Shown in pieces: positions 17,482 through 27,173 of a DNA stretch of 52,305 nt; position 1 is the first letter of the stretch; the number at the start of each line of letters is the position of its first letter. A program made the translations under genes and the position numbers. Below the pieces are notes generated by a model. It was given only the letters and a program-made list of their open reading frames with translations, did no database searches and had not been told where the DNA came from. The stretch comes from an uncultured Deferribacteres bacterium (lineage in GTDB: Bacteria; Zhuqueibacterota; Zhuqueibacteria; Zhuqueibacterales; Geothermadaptataceae): the NCBI GenBank assembly GCA_964014485.1, contig CAXHAT010000026.1, positions 1 to 52,305 of the forward strand, read 5' to 3'.

Positions 17482-20094
17482 ATGCCAGAACAGGAAGACA
17501 AATTCGCCGCACTCATGCAAATGTTTGAGCAGGGCAAAAAAGTCACTCAGCTTTTCTTCGAAGCTGAAACGGCGCAAAAAGCGCAGAATCTCGCCGAAAC
17601 CGAACGCTTGTTTAGAGAATTGATCGAAGCGCAAAAACAACACGTCGATCTTGCCAAGCGACACAATGCGCAGTTTCCGGATTCGCCTTACGATCTGCCG
17701 CCGATTGTGCAGCCTTTGGTCAATTCGCTTTTTCGCTGTGCTGATATTCTCGAAGCCGGAGGAGAGCAAAATGCGGCGGCAAACGTGCTGCGTGAAGAGG
17801 CGGTCACTTATTCGGAAAAATATTTATCTCCAATACAGCTCGCCGACGCCAAACGCTCACAAATCCCGGCGATGCTGCAACAGGCGCGATTCAACGAAGC
17901 ACTGGTCACGCTCGCCGAAGTTCGGGACGTTTTTCGCTCGGAAAACGACGTTCCTAAAATGGCGCGTGTTATTCTTGACAGAGCGGATTTGCTGCACTGG
18001 CTCGGCGATACGCCACGCGCGAAACAGGAGCTTGCAGAAGCTGCTGACGCCGTCGCCCCGCTGATTCAGGGTGATGCTTCGCCGGAACATGGCTTTCTGT
18101 CCGCCGTCATGCAGTCGATTCAGGACATTCAAACCGGCGCGGGCGACGGCAAGCGCGGGGTGGACGCCGCCGAGTTGTATCGCGCACGCCTGGAGTTGGA
18201 TTTTTATCGCGGTCTTGTCAACAAAACCAACGGCGATTATGACGAAGCGTTGAGGCTTTTTCAAAAAGTCCTGCCGGAATACGAAAAAACCGGCAGCGCT
18301 GAAGCCATTCATTCTCAAATCGCCGCCATTTATGCGGCTCAGGGGAAATTCCAGGAAAGTCTGGAGATCGTTGGCCGCGTTGAACCGGCGTTTCACCAAA
18401 ACATTCTTCTCCGCCCCAAACTCGCCGTACTATGGAAGATCAAAGCCGAAGCGCTGTTTGGCTTGGAGCAGTTCGACGAAGCTTTGGCTTTTGTCAATCA
18501 AGCAATTTCAGAGCACGGCAAGCATCCCGATCCGGACGTTTCATGGAAAACCCTCTTTTTAAAGGCGCAAATTCTCGCAGCGAAAAGTCAGCGCGAACAA
18601 GCCTTAGACGCTTTTCGACAAGCGGCGAAAATCATCGACAATCTCCGCAAATCCCCGCTCGGTTATCGCCTCGACAGCACCTATTTGAATGACAAAATTC
18701 CCGCTTTTAACGCTGCGATTCGCTTGGCGGTAAAACTTCAGGATGAGAAAACGGCTTGTGAATTTATCGAAATGGTCAAGGCGCGCACTTTGACGGCCGC
18801 CTTGAGCGTTGGCAATCAGGAAGGTGCTCGCAGCGACGATCAGGCGAAACGAAATTTGCACGCTCTGACGCGCCGAATTGACGCGCTGGAATATCAGGCT
18901 TATCGTGAAGGCGACGCAGATGGCAAGCTCGGCGCTGAACGAGAGGTGCTGTTGGCGGAGCGAAAAACGGTGCTGGAAAAAATCCGCTACGCTGATCCGC
19001 GCTGGGGGCATATCACGGAGCCCCCGTCATTAGATTTCGCTGAAATTCTCAAGCTTGTTACTGAAAAGAGCACAGCCGTTCTCAATTTGTATAGGACAGA
19101 TGACAAAATCTATCATGTCTTGCTAAAAGACGGAAAAGCTGAAACGGCTTGTTTGCCGTTTGATCAAAAATTATTGCAAACGGACGGCGGCGCTTTAAGT
19201 GAATATATCGCAAATCTCTATCGAAAAGATCAGGCTTTTGATTTTCATTACGATCCGGCGGAACTCGGGTTAAACGCCGATAAATTCATACCGGAACAGC
19301 TTTTACAAAAAGCGTTTCAGGCTAAAAACCTTGTTATTGTTCCTCACAAGGAATTGCACTTGTTGCCGTGGGGGAGCATAACTTATGCTGGTAAGCGACT
19401 TTTTGAATACATTCCGATCTGCGTTTTGCCGAACCTGTCGAGCTTGAAAATGCTGAGTGGAACAGATTTCGAGAACGACAAAGTCGTCCTTTTCGGCGAT
19501 CCGCAATATGACGGAATCGGCGCTTTGTCTGAGTCGGCAATAGAAGTCAAGAAAATCGGCGAATTGCATCGATCCGCCCGGAAGAGCGTCGAGAATTTTC
19601 AGCAGGAACAAGCAAGTGAGAAGAACTTTCGAGATATTTTGGAAAGAAACGACGCGAGGAACAGCGTGCTGCATGTCGCTTGTCATGGCGAGTTTGAAGC
19701 GTCCGAGCCGATGACTTCGGGATTGTTGCTGTCGGACGGCAGAATAGATGCGGCGGAGATAGCCGATTCCGGAATGCAGTTCGATGAAGTTATCCTGAGC
19801 GCCTGTTCCTGCGGCTGGCGGCCAACCGAGGTCGACGACGTACAATTGGCCGGTGACGATATTCTTGGCCTGCCCGGCGCTTTTCTTGAAGCGGGCGCGA
19901 AGGCGGTACTGTTGAGCATTTGCAGAGCCGACGACAAGGCGACGCGCGCTTTGATGATTGATTATCATCAAAACCGTATTCGGGGGAAATCGCCGTCCGA
20001 AGCGCTGCAAGCGGCGCAGAAAACTTTGTTGGCGAACCCGGAGTTTCAACCTTATCAATGGGCGGGATTTACGCTCTACGCGAGCCCAATTTAG
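17482..20094 (+). CDS. TPR-repeat CHAT-domain (caspase HetF-associated) protease
   Basis: N-terminal TPR helices; IVPHKELHLLPW, LHVACHG (His), LSACSCG (Cys), FLEAGAKAVL, PYQWAGF; start set at MPEQEDK. Confidence 0.88.
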   Translation: MPEQEDKFAALMQMFEQGKKVTQLFFEAETAQKAQNLAETERLFRELIEAQKQHVDLAKRHNAQFPDSPYDLPPIVQPLVNSLFRCADILEAGGEQNAAANVLREEAVTYSEKYLSPIQLADAKRSQIPAMLQQARFNEALVTLAEVRDVFRSENDVPKMARVILDRADLLHWLGDTPRAKQELAEAADAVAPLIQGDASPEHGFLSAVMQSIQDIQTGAGDGKRGVDAAELYRARLELDFYRGLVNKTNGDYDEALRLFQKVLPEYEKTGSAEAIHSQIAAIYAAQGKFQESLEIVGRVEPAFHQNILLRPKLAVLWKIKAEALFGLEQFDEALAFVNQAISEHGKHPDPDVSWKTLFLKAQILAAKSQREQALDAFRQAAKIIDNLRKSPLGYRLDSTYLNDKIPAFNAAIRLAVKLQDEKTACEFIEMVKARTLTAALSVGNQEGARSDDQAKRNLHALTRRIDALEYQAYREGDADGKLGAEREVLLAERKTVLEKIRYADPRWGHITEPPSLDFAEILKLVTEKSTAVLNLYRTDDKIYHVLLKDGKAETACLPFDQKLLQTDGGALSEYIANLYRKDQAFDFHYDPAELGLNADKFIPEQLLQKAFQAKNLVIVPHKELHLLPWGSITYAGKRLFEYIPICVLPNLSSLKMLSGTDFENDKVVLFGDPQYDGIGALSESAIEVKKIGELHRSARKSVENFQQEQASEKNFRDILERNDARNSVLHVACHGEFEASEPMTSGLLLSDGRIDAAEIADSGMQFDEVILSACSCGWRPTEVDDVQLAGDDILGLPGAFLEAGAKAVLLSICRADDKATRALMIDYHQNRIRGKSPSEALQAAQKTLLANPEFQPYQWAGFTLYASPI

Positions 20095-20104
20095 TTCTTT
20101 TTCT

Positions 20105-20590
20105 TTAAACCGGGTCGGGATTCAATTTGCCGCCGCGAACCGTGCCGCCCAAAACCAATCCGGCGCCAATGAGTACAAGATTCTTAACGATGTATTGCCC
20201 CTCCATTGTCAGGCCGTATGGAAAGGTCGTCCAAACGACGTTCGGTAGAATGAGCAGCGGAAGCGCCGTGCCGGGCATTTGCAGGAAAAGAAGCAACAAA
20301 GTTAAGCGCATGAATTTCCCCGTCACCAAACCGACGCCAATCAACACCTCCCATAACGCGAGAACCGGAATAAACAGGTCTGGATTGACAAAATAGATTG
20401 TGTTTCGAACCAGATTTTCCGCCGGGCTTAGTCCCGGAAAAAATTTCAATGCGCCAAACCAGATAAACACCACTCCCAAGCCGACGCGTAGAAATATAAC
20501 CCCAACGCCTGCCATCCAGCGGGTGATTTTCTGATCCAGGCGGGTCAGGTGTATTTTATCTAAAAGTTTTTGTTCGGAGAGATTGCCCAT
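20105..20590 (-). CDS. DoxX-family membrane protein
   Basis: [16 protein letters not shown]...SPAE..., [11 protein letters not shown]. Confidence 0.75.
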   Translation of the reverse strand: MGNLSEQKLLDKIHLTRLDQKITRWMAGVGVIFLRVGLGVVFIWFGALKFFPGLSPAENLVRNTIYFVNPDLFIPVLALWEVLIGVGLVTGKFMRLTLLLLFLQMPGTALPLLILPNVVWTTFPYGLTMEGQYIVKNLVLIGAGLVLGGTVRGGKLNPDPV

Positions 20591-20609
20591 CTTTCGGCGT
20601 TTTCAGAAG

Positions 20610-21422
20610 TTACTCTTCAATTTCAGCGAGCACATCAGCAAGACGATCCGGATAATCGGTGAGAATCGCGTCCACGCCGACGCGCATCATTTTGCGCATT
20701 GTTTCTTTGTCGTTCACCGTCCAAACATGCACTTCTTTGCCTGCGGCGCGCGCTTTTTCCATGAACGCTTGATCAACTAACCGATAATTTGCACTCAGCA
20801 AATCGACCGGCCCGGAAAACACGCCCTCATGAAAACCGTCTCGGCCAAAAATATAGCCGACCGTCAGTTCCGGAGCTAATTTTTTGATATTCTCCGCTTC
20901 TTGGTGACCGAAAGAAGTCACGACGCACTGGTCTCCGAAATTTTCCCGCCGGATGAGGTCAACGACCAACTGCTCGACGTTATTTTCATTGCCGTGCAAT
21001 TTGACTTCAACGTTCAATTTCATTTTCCCGCGGACGTGGGCGATGACTTCTTCCAAAGTTGCGATTTTCTCCCCGGCAAACTCTTCTCCGTACCAACGAC
21101 CGGCGTCGAGATTTCTTAATTCCTCATACGTTTTTTCATAGAGATTGCCTTCGCCGTTCGAAGTACGCTCAAGTTCATCGTCGTGGAAGAGAACCAAGCG
21201 ATTGTCCGCAGTTTGCTGCACGTCAACCTCTGACATTGCCGCGCCCATTTCAATCGCTTTGGTCATGGCGATCAATGTGTTTTCCGGCGCATGCCCCGAA
21301 GCGCCGCGATGGGCGCAGTTTATGGCTGGTTTCATAACTTTAAGCGTCGTTTTTTCACCTTCGGATTGACAGCTAAAGAAAAGTGAGACGGCGCAAATAA
21401 TTGCCCCTAAATTCCTTCGCAT
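20610..21422 (-). CDS. Glycerophosphodiester phosphodiesterase (lipoprotein)
   Basis: AHRGASGHAPENT, EVDVQQT, HDDELERT, NVEVK, WTVND, TDYP; lipobox FFSC. Confidence 0.9.
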   Translation of the reverse strand: MRRNLGAIICAVSLFFSCQSEGEKTTLKVMKPAINCAHRGASGHAPENTLIAMTKAIEMGAAMSEVDVQQTADNRLVLFHDDELERTSNGEGNLYEKTYEELRNLDAGRWYGEEFAGEKIATLEEVIAHVRGKMKLNVEVKLHGNENNVEQLVVDLIRRENFGDQCVVTSFGHQEAENIKKLAPELTVGYIFGRDGFHEGVFSGPVDLLSANYRLVDQAFMEKARAAGKEVHVWTVNDKETMRKMMRVGVDAILTDYPDRLADVLAEIEE

Positions 21423-21485
21423 GGCTCTTCCCGTGTTTTGTCGCGCACAATATAATTTTTGAAAAATTTTACAGCCTGAAAATAA

Positions 21486-21528
21486 AAAAGCGCAGCTTTG
21501 ATGTAAAATCAGGAAGTCTGCGCTTTTT
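21486..21528 (-). terminator. Probable intrinsic terminator downstream of fbaB
   Basis: AAAAAGCGCAG ... CTGCGCTTTTT inverted arms with A/T tails. Confidence 0.5.
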
Positions 21529-21545
21529 CAGTATTCTAAAATGAA

Positions 21546-22598
21546 TTATGCGGGAGTGATGCTTTCGTCCAGAAAAACGTCCTGGATCGCGTTGAGCAGG
21601 TCGACGCCTTCGTTCATGGGGCGTTGAAATGCTTTGCGTCCGGAAATCAATCCCATTCCTCCGGCGCGTTTGTTGATTACGGCAGTTTTTACCGCCTGCG
21701 CTTTGTCCGATTCGCCGCCGGATGAACCGCCGCTGTTGATCAGCCCGGCGCGGCCCATATAACAGCCCATGACCTGGTAGCGCGTGAGATCAATCGGGTG
21801 GTCGCTAGAAAGTTCTGAATAAACTTTTGGATGGGTTTTGCCAAATCCAATCGCATCATAACCGCCGTTGTTGGTGGCTTGTTTTTGCTTGATGATGTCG
21901 GCTTCGATGGTGACGCCGAGGTGGTTGGCCTGGCTGGTCACGTCCGCAGCGGCGTGATAATCCGTGCCGCCGATCTTAAAGGAAGAGTTTCTCAAGTAGC
22001 ACCAGAGTACAGTAACGAGTCCCAGTTCATGCGCGTACTGGAACGCTTCGCTGATCTCGATAATCTGACGATTGCTTTCTTCTGAGCCGAAATAAATCGT
22101 TGCGCCGACGGCGACTGCGCCCATGTCGAATGCTTGATCGACGCTGGCGAAAAGAATCTGGTCGTATTTGTTCGGGTAGGTCATCAATTCATTGTGATTG
22201 AGCTTGACCAGAAACGGAATCTTATGAGCGTATTTTCTATTAACCGCGCCGAGTACGCCCAGCGTAGATGCAACGGCGTTACAGCCGCCTTCGATGGCCA
22301 GTTTGACAATATTTTCCGGATCAAAATAAATCGGATTTGGCGCAAAGGACGCTCCCGCGGAGTGCTCGATGCCCTGATCGACCGGCAAAATTGAAACAAA
22401 GCCCGAGCCGCCCAGCCGCCCGGAATTGAATAATAATTGCATGTTGCGCAAAACGGCGGCGGGCCGGTCAGAAGTCGCCATCACGCGGTCGACGAAATCC
22501 GGGCCGGGAAGGTGAAAATTGTCAGCGGAGACTTTTGCTTCATATCCCAGCAAATCCTCTGCTTCTTTCCCCAGCAAATCAACAATGTTGGTGCTCAT
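21546..22598 (-). CDS. fbaB: Class I fructose-bisphosphate aldolase (FbaB/DhnA)
   Basis: [60 protein letters not shown]. Confidence 0.96.
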   Translation of the reverse strand: MSTNIVDLLGKEAEDLLGYEAKVSADNFHLPGPDFVDRVMATSDRPAAVLRNMQLLFNSGRLGGSGFVSILPVDQGIEHSAGASFAPNPIYFDPENIVKLAIEGGCNAVASTLGVLGAVNRKYAHKIPFLVKLNHNELMTYPNKYDQILFASVDQAFDMGAVAVGATIYFGSEESNRQIIEISEAFQYAHELGLVTVLWCYLRNSSFKIGGTDYHAAADVTSQANHLGVTIEADIIKQKQATNNGGYDAIGFGKTHPKVYSELSSDHPIDLTRYQVMGCYMGRAGLINSGGSSGGESDKAQAVKTAVINKRAGGMGLISGRKAFQRPMNEGVDLLNAIQDVFLDESITPA

Positions 22599-22704
22599 AG
22601 TCTCCTCCTCAAAGGATACAAATTAAAAAATGTCTTGAAAGGCCGCCAATCTATTGCGGGAGCGTTAAAAAAGCAAGCGAATGAAAACGGCGATTATTTT
22701 CAAT

Positions 22705-23124
22705 CTAAAGCGGCGCTTCTTCAATTTTCGAACTGATGGATTCCGGAATTGGCGCCGAATGAATCTTTCCCGATCCGTCCTTCCGACAACAAACCGAGGT
22801 TACTTCGCCCTTCGCAATAATCCGCCCGTCTTTTTGAAAAATGTGGCGATAGGTCAACGAAGTGCGCCCCTTTCTTTTGATCATCGTGTGGACGTCGAGA
22901 ACGTCCCCGAATTTTGCCGGATGTTGGAAATCACACTCTGCTGATACTCGCGGCATCAGAAGCGCGCTCCCCTTTTGCAGGAAAGCGCGGAGAACGTCAA
23001 TCGATTCCAGAAATTCCGTCTCCGCCGTTTCCATAAAAACAAAGAATCGGCTGAAATGAACGATCCCGGCCATATCCGTGTCGGCGAATTCAATCGTTCT
23101 TTTTGTGAAAAATTCAAATGCCAT
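22705..23124 (-). CDS. Acyl-CoA thioesterase (4HBT/YbgC hotdog family)
   Basis: FADTDMAGIVHFSRFF motif; start set at MAFEFF. Confidence 0.85.
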   Translation of the reverse strand: MAFEFFTKRTIEFADTDMAGIVHFSRFFVFMETAETEFLESIDVLRAFLQKGSALLMPRVSAECDFQHPAKFGDVLDVHTMIKRKGRTSLTYRHIFQKDGRIIAKGEVTSVCCRKDGSGKIHSAPIPESISSKIEEAPL

Positions 23125-23383
23125 GGTTACCCGCTTTCCATTGTTGTATCGCAGAGCTGCACCGGATATGCACCACGCGAGATTACTTGTGTAACGGCGC
23201 CTGAGCAAGCGCTTTATTTGTTCAAAAGTGGTTGGAAGACGTGTTTGGTCGGGGGCGGCGCGTGAAATATAAAACAGTTTTACACAAATGACAATAAGCG
23301 CTTTTCGCACGGAAGCGATGGACATTCAACGCCGATTTCGTTAAGACTCCAACCTTGATCTGCTCTTGAATACGGAGGGAAGA

Positions 23384-24946
23384 ATGCAAGGCAATTTTGA
23401 ATCGGTCTTGAGCCAAACGAATTTTACGGCGTTCGATTGGGTGATTGTCGTCATCTATTTGAGCATTTCTCTGGTCATCGGTCTGATTGCCCGGAAATAT
23501 ATCACCAATATGACCGACTACATCGGCGCCGGGCGTGCATTGGGAACCAAGCTGGCGATTGCCACGATGACCGGCACGGAGCTCGGCCTCGTCACCGTCA
23601 TGTATAGCGCTCAAAAAGGCTTTACCGGCGGGTTCGCCGCCTTTCACATTGCGTTGGTTGCGGGGATTGTCACATTTCTAGTCGGAATTTCAGGCTTTAT
23701 CGTTGCGCGTCTGCGTAAACTTGAAGTGCTGACAATCCCGGAATTCTATGAAAAACGCTTCGGGCGTAGAACTCGCATTTTGGGCGGGATTATGCTCACG
23801 CTTGGCGGCGTGCTGAACATGGGCTTGTTTCTCAAAGTCGGCTCCATGTTTATTGTCGGAATTACGGGCATGTCCGCAACCGGCTACGCCCTGCCTGTCG
23901 TGATGATCGTTTTGTTGACGTTGGTGCTGGTCTACACCGTTATGGGCGGAATGGTCTCGGTGGTCATCACGGACTACATTCAATTCGTCGTTCTCTCCTT
24001 TGGGTTGGTCATCGGCACAATCTTGACAATTTATACTTTAGGTTGGGATAATATTTTTAACGTCATCGTCGAGCACATGGGTGAAGCCGGATTTAATCCG
24101 CTCGTCGAAGGCGGCGGTTTTGGGCCAAATTACGTTTTGTGGATGGCTTTTACCGCCGGACTTGTGAGTTGCGCCATTTGGCCGACCGCCGTTGCACGCG
24201 CCTTGGCCGCAGAAAGCGAGACTGTTGTGAAGCGGCAATATAAATGGTCGTCGCTGTCGTTCATGATTCGTTTTATGATCCCGTATTTTTGGGGAATCGG
24301 CGCCTTCGTTCTGATTATGACGCAAGCCCCAGAGCTAAAAGCGCTCTTTTTCCCAGAGAACGGCACGACGGAGCCGTTAAACAATCTTTACGCCATGCCG
24401 GTTTTTCTCGGCAGAATTTTGCCGGCAGGCCTTATCGGCATAATCACAGCAGCCATGATCGCCGCCTTCATGTCCACCCATGACAGCTATCTTTTGGCGT
24501 GGAGTTCGGTGATTACGCAAGACATTGTCGCTCCGCTTAAAAAGAAAAAAATGAGCACGGCCAGCCGAATCAAATTGACGAGAATCTTGATCGTCGCGAT
24601 TGGCGTTTACATTCTCTATTGGGGGCTGGTGTACGAAGGCAGAGACGATATTTGGGACTACATGGCAGTCACTGGCGCGATCTATTTTACCGGTGCATTT
24701 GCGCTTTTGTTTGCCGGGTTGTATTGGAAGCGCGCCAGCTCAACCGGAGCAACTTTGGCGCTGCTCAGCGGAATGACCGCGATCATCGGCCTCGAACCGG
24801 TCAAGAAATTCTTCGGGCTGGACGTTGTTTTCGGCGTGGAATTAACCGGCGCGGACATTGGCTTGATCACCGTGGCTTTTACGCTCATTATGATGGTCGC
24901 AGGATCGCTATTATTTCCTGATAAGAATAAAGAAGGAGGCCAATGA
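23384..24946 (+). CDS. Sodium:solute symporter (SSS) family transporter
   Basis: DYIGAGR, TIPEFYEKRFG, YTVMGGMVSVVITDYIQF, AAFMSTHDS; SD GGAGG. Confidence 0.9.
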   Translation: MQGNFESVLSQTNFTAFDWVIVVIYLSISLVIGLIARKYITNMTDYIGAGRALGTKLAIATMTGTELGLVTVMYSAQKGFTGGFAAFHIALVAGIVTFLVGISGFIVARLRKLEVLTIPEFYEKRFGRRTRILGGIMLTLGGVLNMGLFLKVGSMFIVGITGMSATGYALPVVMIVLLTLVLVYTVMGGMVSVVITDYIQFVVLSFGLVIGTILTIYTLGWDNIFNVIVEHMGEAGFNPLVEGGGFGPNYVLWMAFTAGLVSCAIWPTAVARALAAESETVVKRQYKWSSLSFMIRFMIPYFWGIGAFVLIMTQAPELKALFFPENGTTEPLNNLYAMPVFLGRILPAGLIGIITAAMIAAFMSTHDSYLLAWSSVITQDIVAPLKKKKMSTASRIKLTRILIVAIGVYILYWGLVYEGRDDIWDYMAVTGAIYFTGAFALLFAGLYWKRASSTGATLALLSGMTAIIGLEPVKKFFGLDVVFGVELTGADIGLITVAFTLIMMVAGSLLFPDKNKEGGQ

Positions 24947-25101
24947 TGGAATTCTGGATTCTGTTTTGGAAAATTATTTTTATCGTAACCATTCTCGCGT
25001 TTTCCGGCATGGCCGTTTGGGTAGCCGTCGGCGGTTATCAGGACGTGAAAAAAATGTTTGCACGGTTGGAGGAAAGCCATAGAAAAAAGCTTAATAATTG
25101 A
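24943..25101 (+). CDS. Small single-TM protein coupled to the SSS gene (52 aa, not in ORF track)
   Basis: MMEFWILFWKIIFIVTILAFSGMAVWVAVGGYQDVKKMFARLEESHRKKLNN; SD AAGGAGG, ATGA overlap with the SSS stop. Confidence 0.7.
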   Translation: MMEFWILFWKIIFIVTILAFSGMAVWVAVGGYQDVKKMFARLEESHRKKLNN

Positions 25102-25275
25102 TGTTACGCGCCGCCGAAAAATAAGGAGTGCAAAGCTTGCTTTGCTTTTTGCCTTACGCCCGCAAAGAAACGGCAAATTCAGAACGTTTAACAAAAAAGC
25201 TTGAAAAAGCCGCGGAGGAATAGCAAGGCAAGCCTTGCACTCCATTTTTTGCGTTGGCGTGCGTAACGCCAGCTA
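25095..25275. mobile_element. MITE family A, copy 2
   Basis: TAATTGATGTTACGCGCCGCC ... GGCGTGCGTAACGCCAGCTA; same internal cargo as 10247-10433; lies between convergent genes. Confidence 0.75.
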
Positions 25276-26061
25276 CATATCCTTTCGCCCAAATTTCTTC
25301 ATCGCCCTGGCCAGCGGCAACAATGTCCAGAAAACCATGAATGAGCCGGCTGCGACAATTCCCCAATTCCCGCCAAAAAATTTATTGAAAATTGCACCGG
25401 TGTACCCCATTAATGCGGAGTAGTCGGTCTGCATCAAAAGCATGATGCGGGCGAGGTCGATTGGGTTCATCAAACTGACGGCGATCATGCCTTTCTCAAG
25501 AGGATAGTCCGCGAAAATGAACGCAAACAGCAATACCAAACCGTCAAAAATAACGGCCAAAAACAGCCAAAGCAGAATCGCGAAGCCGAAGCTCTTGATT
25601 TTTTCATCGAACGTGGTCGCGACCCAAAAGGCAAGAGAGACAAAGGTGAGCGTAAGCGCGCCGCCGGCAAGTAAGAGCGTAAGTAAGACTGACAGATTTT
25701 CACTGACGGCATTGTGAACCAGAAACGGCAGACTCGTCCCAATCAAGAATGCCGCGACCAAAGGAGACGCAACGCCTAGGTACATGCCTTTGAACAGCGC
25801 CTTTCTTTCCAAAGGCTGAGTGAGCAACAACGTTTGAAATTCGCGTGAGTTGTAGTAAAAAATCACGCCGAAAACGATGGAAACCAGCGGGATGACGAAT
25901 AATACGACGTTCATCACGCTCAAAATCACTTTCACGCCGCCCTCGCCAAAGCGGAACAAGGCATCTGTTATGAGGAAAAAAAACAGGCTGTAAAAGAGGA
26001 GCCATTTGCTTCGCGCCAAATCATAAAGCTCAAATTTCATTACCTTTGCCGTTGCGTTCAT
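25273..26061 (-). CDS. nosY: NosY-type ABC transporter permease
   Basis: IPLVSIVFG..YYNSREF..LLLTQP, YPLEK, NPIDLARI, ALMGYTGA; in a nosD-F-Y context. Confidence 0.85.
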   Translation of the reverse strand: MNATAKVMKFELYDLARSKWLLFYSLFFFLITDALFRFGEGGVKVILSVMNVVLFVIPLVSIVFGVIFYYNSREFQTLLLTQPLERKALFKGMYLGVASPLVAAFLIGTSLPFLVHNAVSENLSVLLTLLLAGGALTLTFVSLAFWVATTFDEKIKSFGFAILLWLFLAVIFDGLVLLFAFIFADYPLEKGMIAVSLMNPIDLARIMLLMQTDYSALMGYTGAIFNKFFGGNWGIVAAGSFMVFWTLLPLARAMKKFGRKDM

Positions 26062-26771
26062 GCCGCCGCCTCCTTCTCCAAAAGATTCGCAATCGCTTCT
26101 TCCAAATCATAGCGCCCGCTTGCCTTGCGCAATGCTTCGGCGTCGCCCTGAAATAAAACGCGCCCGTCCATCAACAGAACGATATTTTCAGCCATAGCCT
26201 CAACCTCCGCCATAAGATGTGTCGTCAAAATCAGGGTTTTGCCTTCCTGTTTTTTCGCCAGGATTTTTTGTTTGAGCTTGAGGCTCGAAACCGGATCAAG
26301 GCCGGCGGACGGTTCGTCCAGGATGAGAATTTGCGGGTTGAAAATAAACGCAATTACCGCGCTGACTTTCTGTCGCGTGCCGCCGGACAAGGCTCCGAAA
26401 GGCTTGTTCATTTCACTTTCCAGCCCAAACGCTTCGATCAGGCTTTCATCAAGCGCGTCGCTGGTCTGGCGTAAATCCTTTAGCATGTCCAGGATTTCTC
26501 GGACTTTGAGGTTTTCGGGGTACTGCGCGATCTGCGGCATGTAGCCGATGTCTTTGCGATAGCGCCAGTCGCCGTTTAGACGATTTTCCTCCACGAAAAT
26601 ATCGCCCGAGTCCGGCTTGACCAAGCCAAGAATCGACTTGATGAGCGTGGATTTACCCGCACTGTTCGGGCCGACAATCGCCGTAATCCGCGAACGCTCG
26701 ATTTTCAAATCAACGTCATTCAAAACGGTCAATTTGCCGAAGCGTTTTTTGAGATTTTTAATTGTAATCAT
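26058..26771 (-). CDS. nosF: NosF-type ABC transporter ATPase
   Basis: GPNSAGKST, YRKDIGYMPQIA, LSGGTRQKVSA, LDEPSAGLDP. Confidence 0.85.
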   Translation of the reverse strand: MITIKNLKKRFGKLTVLNDVDLKIERSRITAIVGPNSAGKSTLIKSILGLVKPDSGDIFVEENRLNGDWRYRKDIGYMPQIAQYPENLKVREILDMLKDLRQTSDALDESLIEAFGLESEMNKPFGALSGGTRQKVSAVIAFIFNPQILILDEPSAGLDPVSSLKLKQKILAKKQEGKTLILTTHLMAEVEAMAENIVLLMDGRVLFQGDAEALRKASGRYDLEEAIANLLEKEAAA

Positions 26772-26813
26772 TTCCCGTTCCCTTGTAATCTGCTTTTCCC
26801 GCTCTTTGAAATT

Positions 26814-27173
26814 TCACGCCCAAAGCGAGAGAATAATCGCAGTGAAAATAATGATGTTGGCGATGGTTCCGAACTTTGCGTCGACCCAATAGATGACAAT
26901 CAGCGTTTGCGAGACGATGAGGCCGACAGCGACAATCATCCACCACCATTCAATTTTGAGCGCATAGGCGGAAGCTGAAGCCAGGAAAATCAGGCAAGCC
27001 AATAACCACAAAACCCCCATTGCCTTTGACGCGCCTTCGCCAATATGAAAAAGTGTTTTCCCGGAAACCTGAGTCGAGTCCGAGAGTCGCCACTCCTTAG
27101 CGAAGCCAAGCAAATGGATCAGGCCGTGGATGGAGACGAATACTGTAAAGACGGCTTTCAACAAAACGCTCAC
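26814..27173 (-). CDS. Small membrane protein resembling the N-terminal TM domain of DUF6544-like proteins, possibly truncated
   Basis: IHGLIHLLGFAK ... WVDAKFGTIANIII; ~4 TM segments; GTG start overlaps the nosD stop. Confidence 0.6.
   Translation of the reverse strand: MSVLLKAVFTVFVSIHGLIHLLGFAKEWRLSDSTQVSGKTLFHIGEGASKAMGVLWLLACLIFLASASAYALKIEWWWMIVAVGLIVSQTLIVIYWVDAKFGTIANIIIFTAIILSLWA

Noticed and set aside
26814..26816. TGA as a selenocysteine codon (given mnmH)
   Set aside because: No SECIS-like hairpin is evident downstream, and the context is not a redox Cys position.
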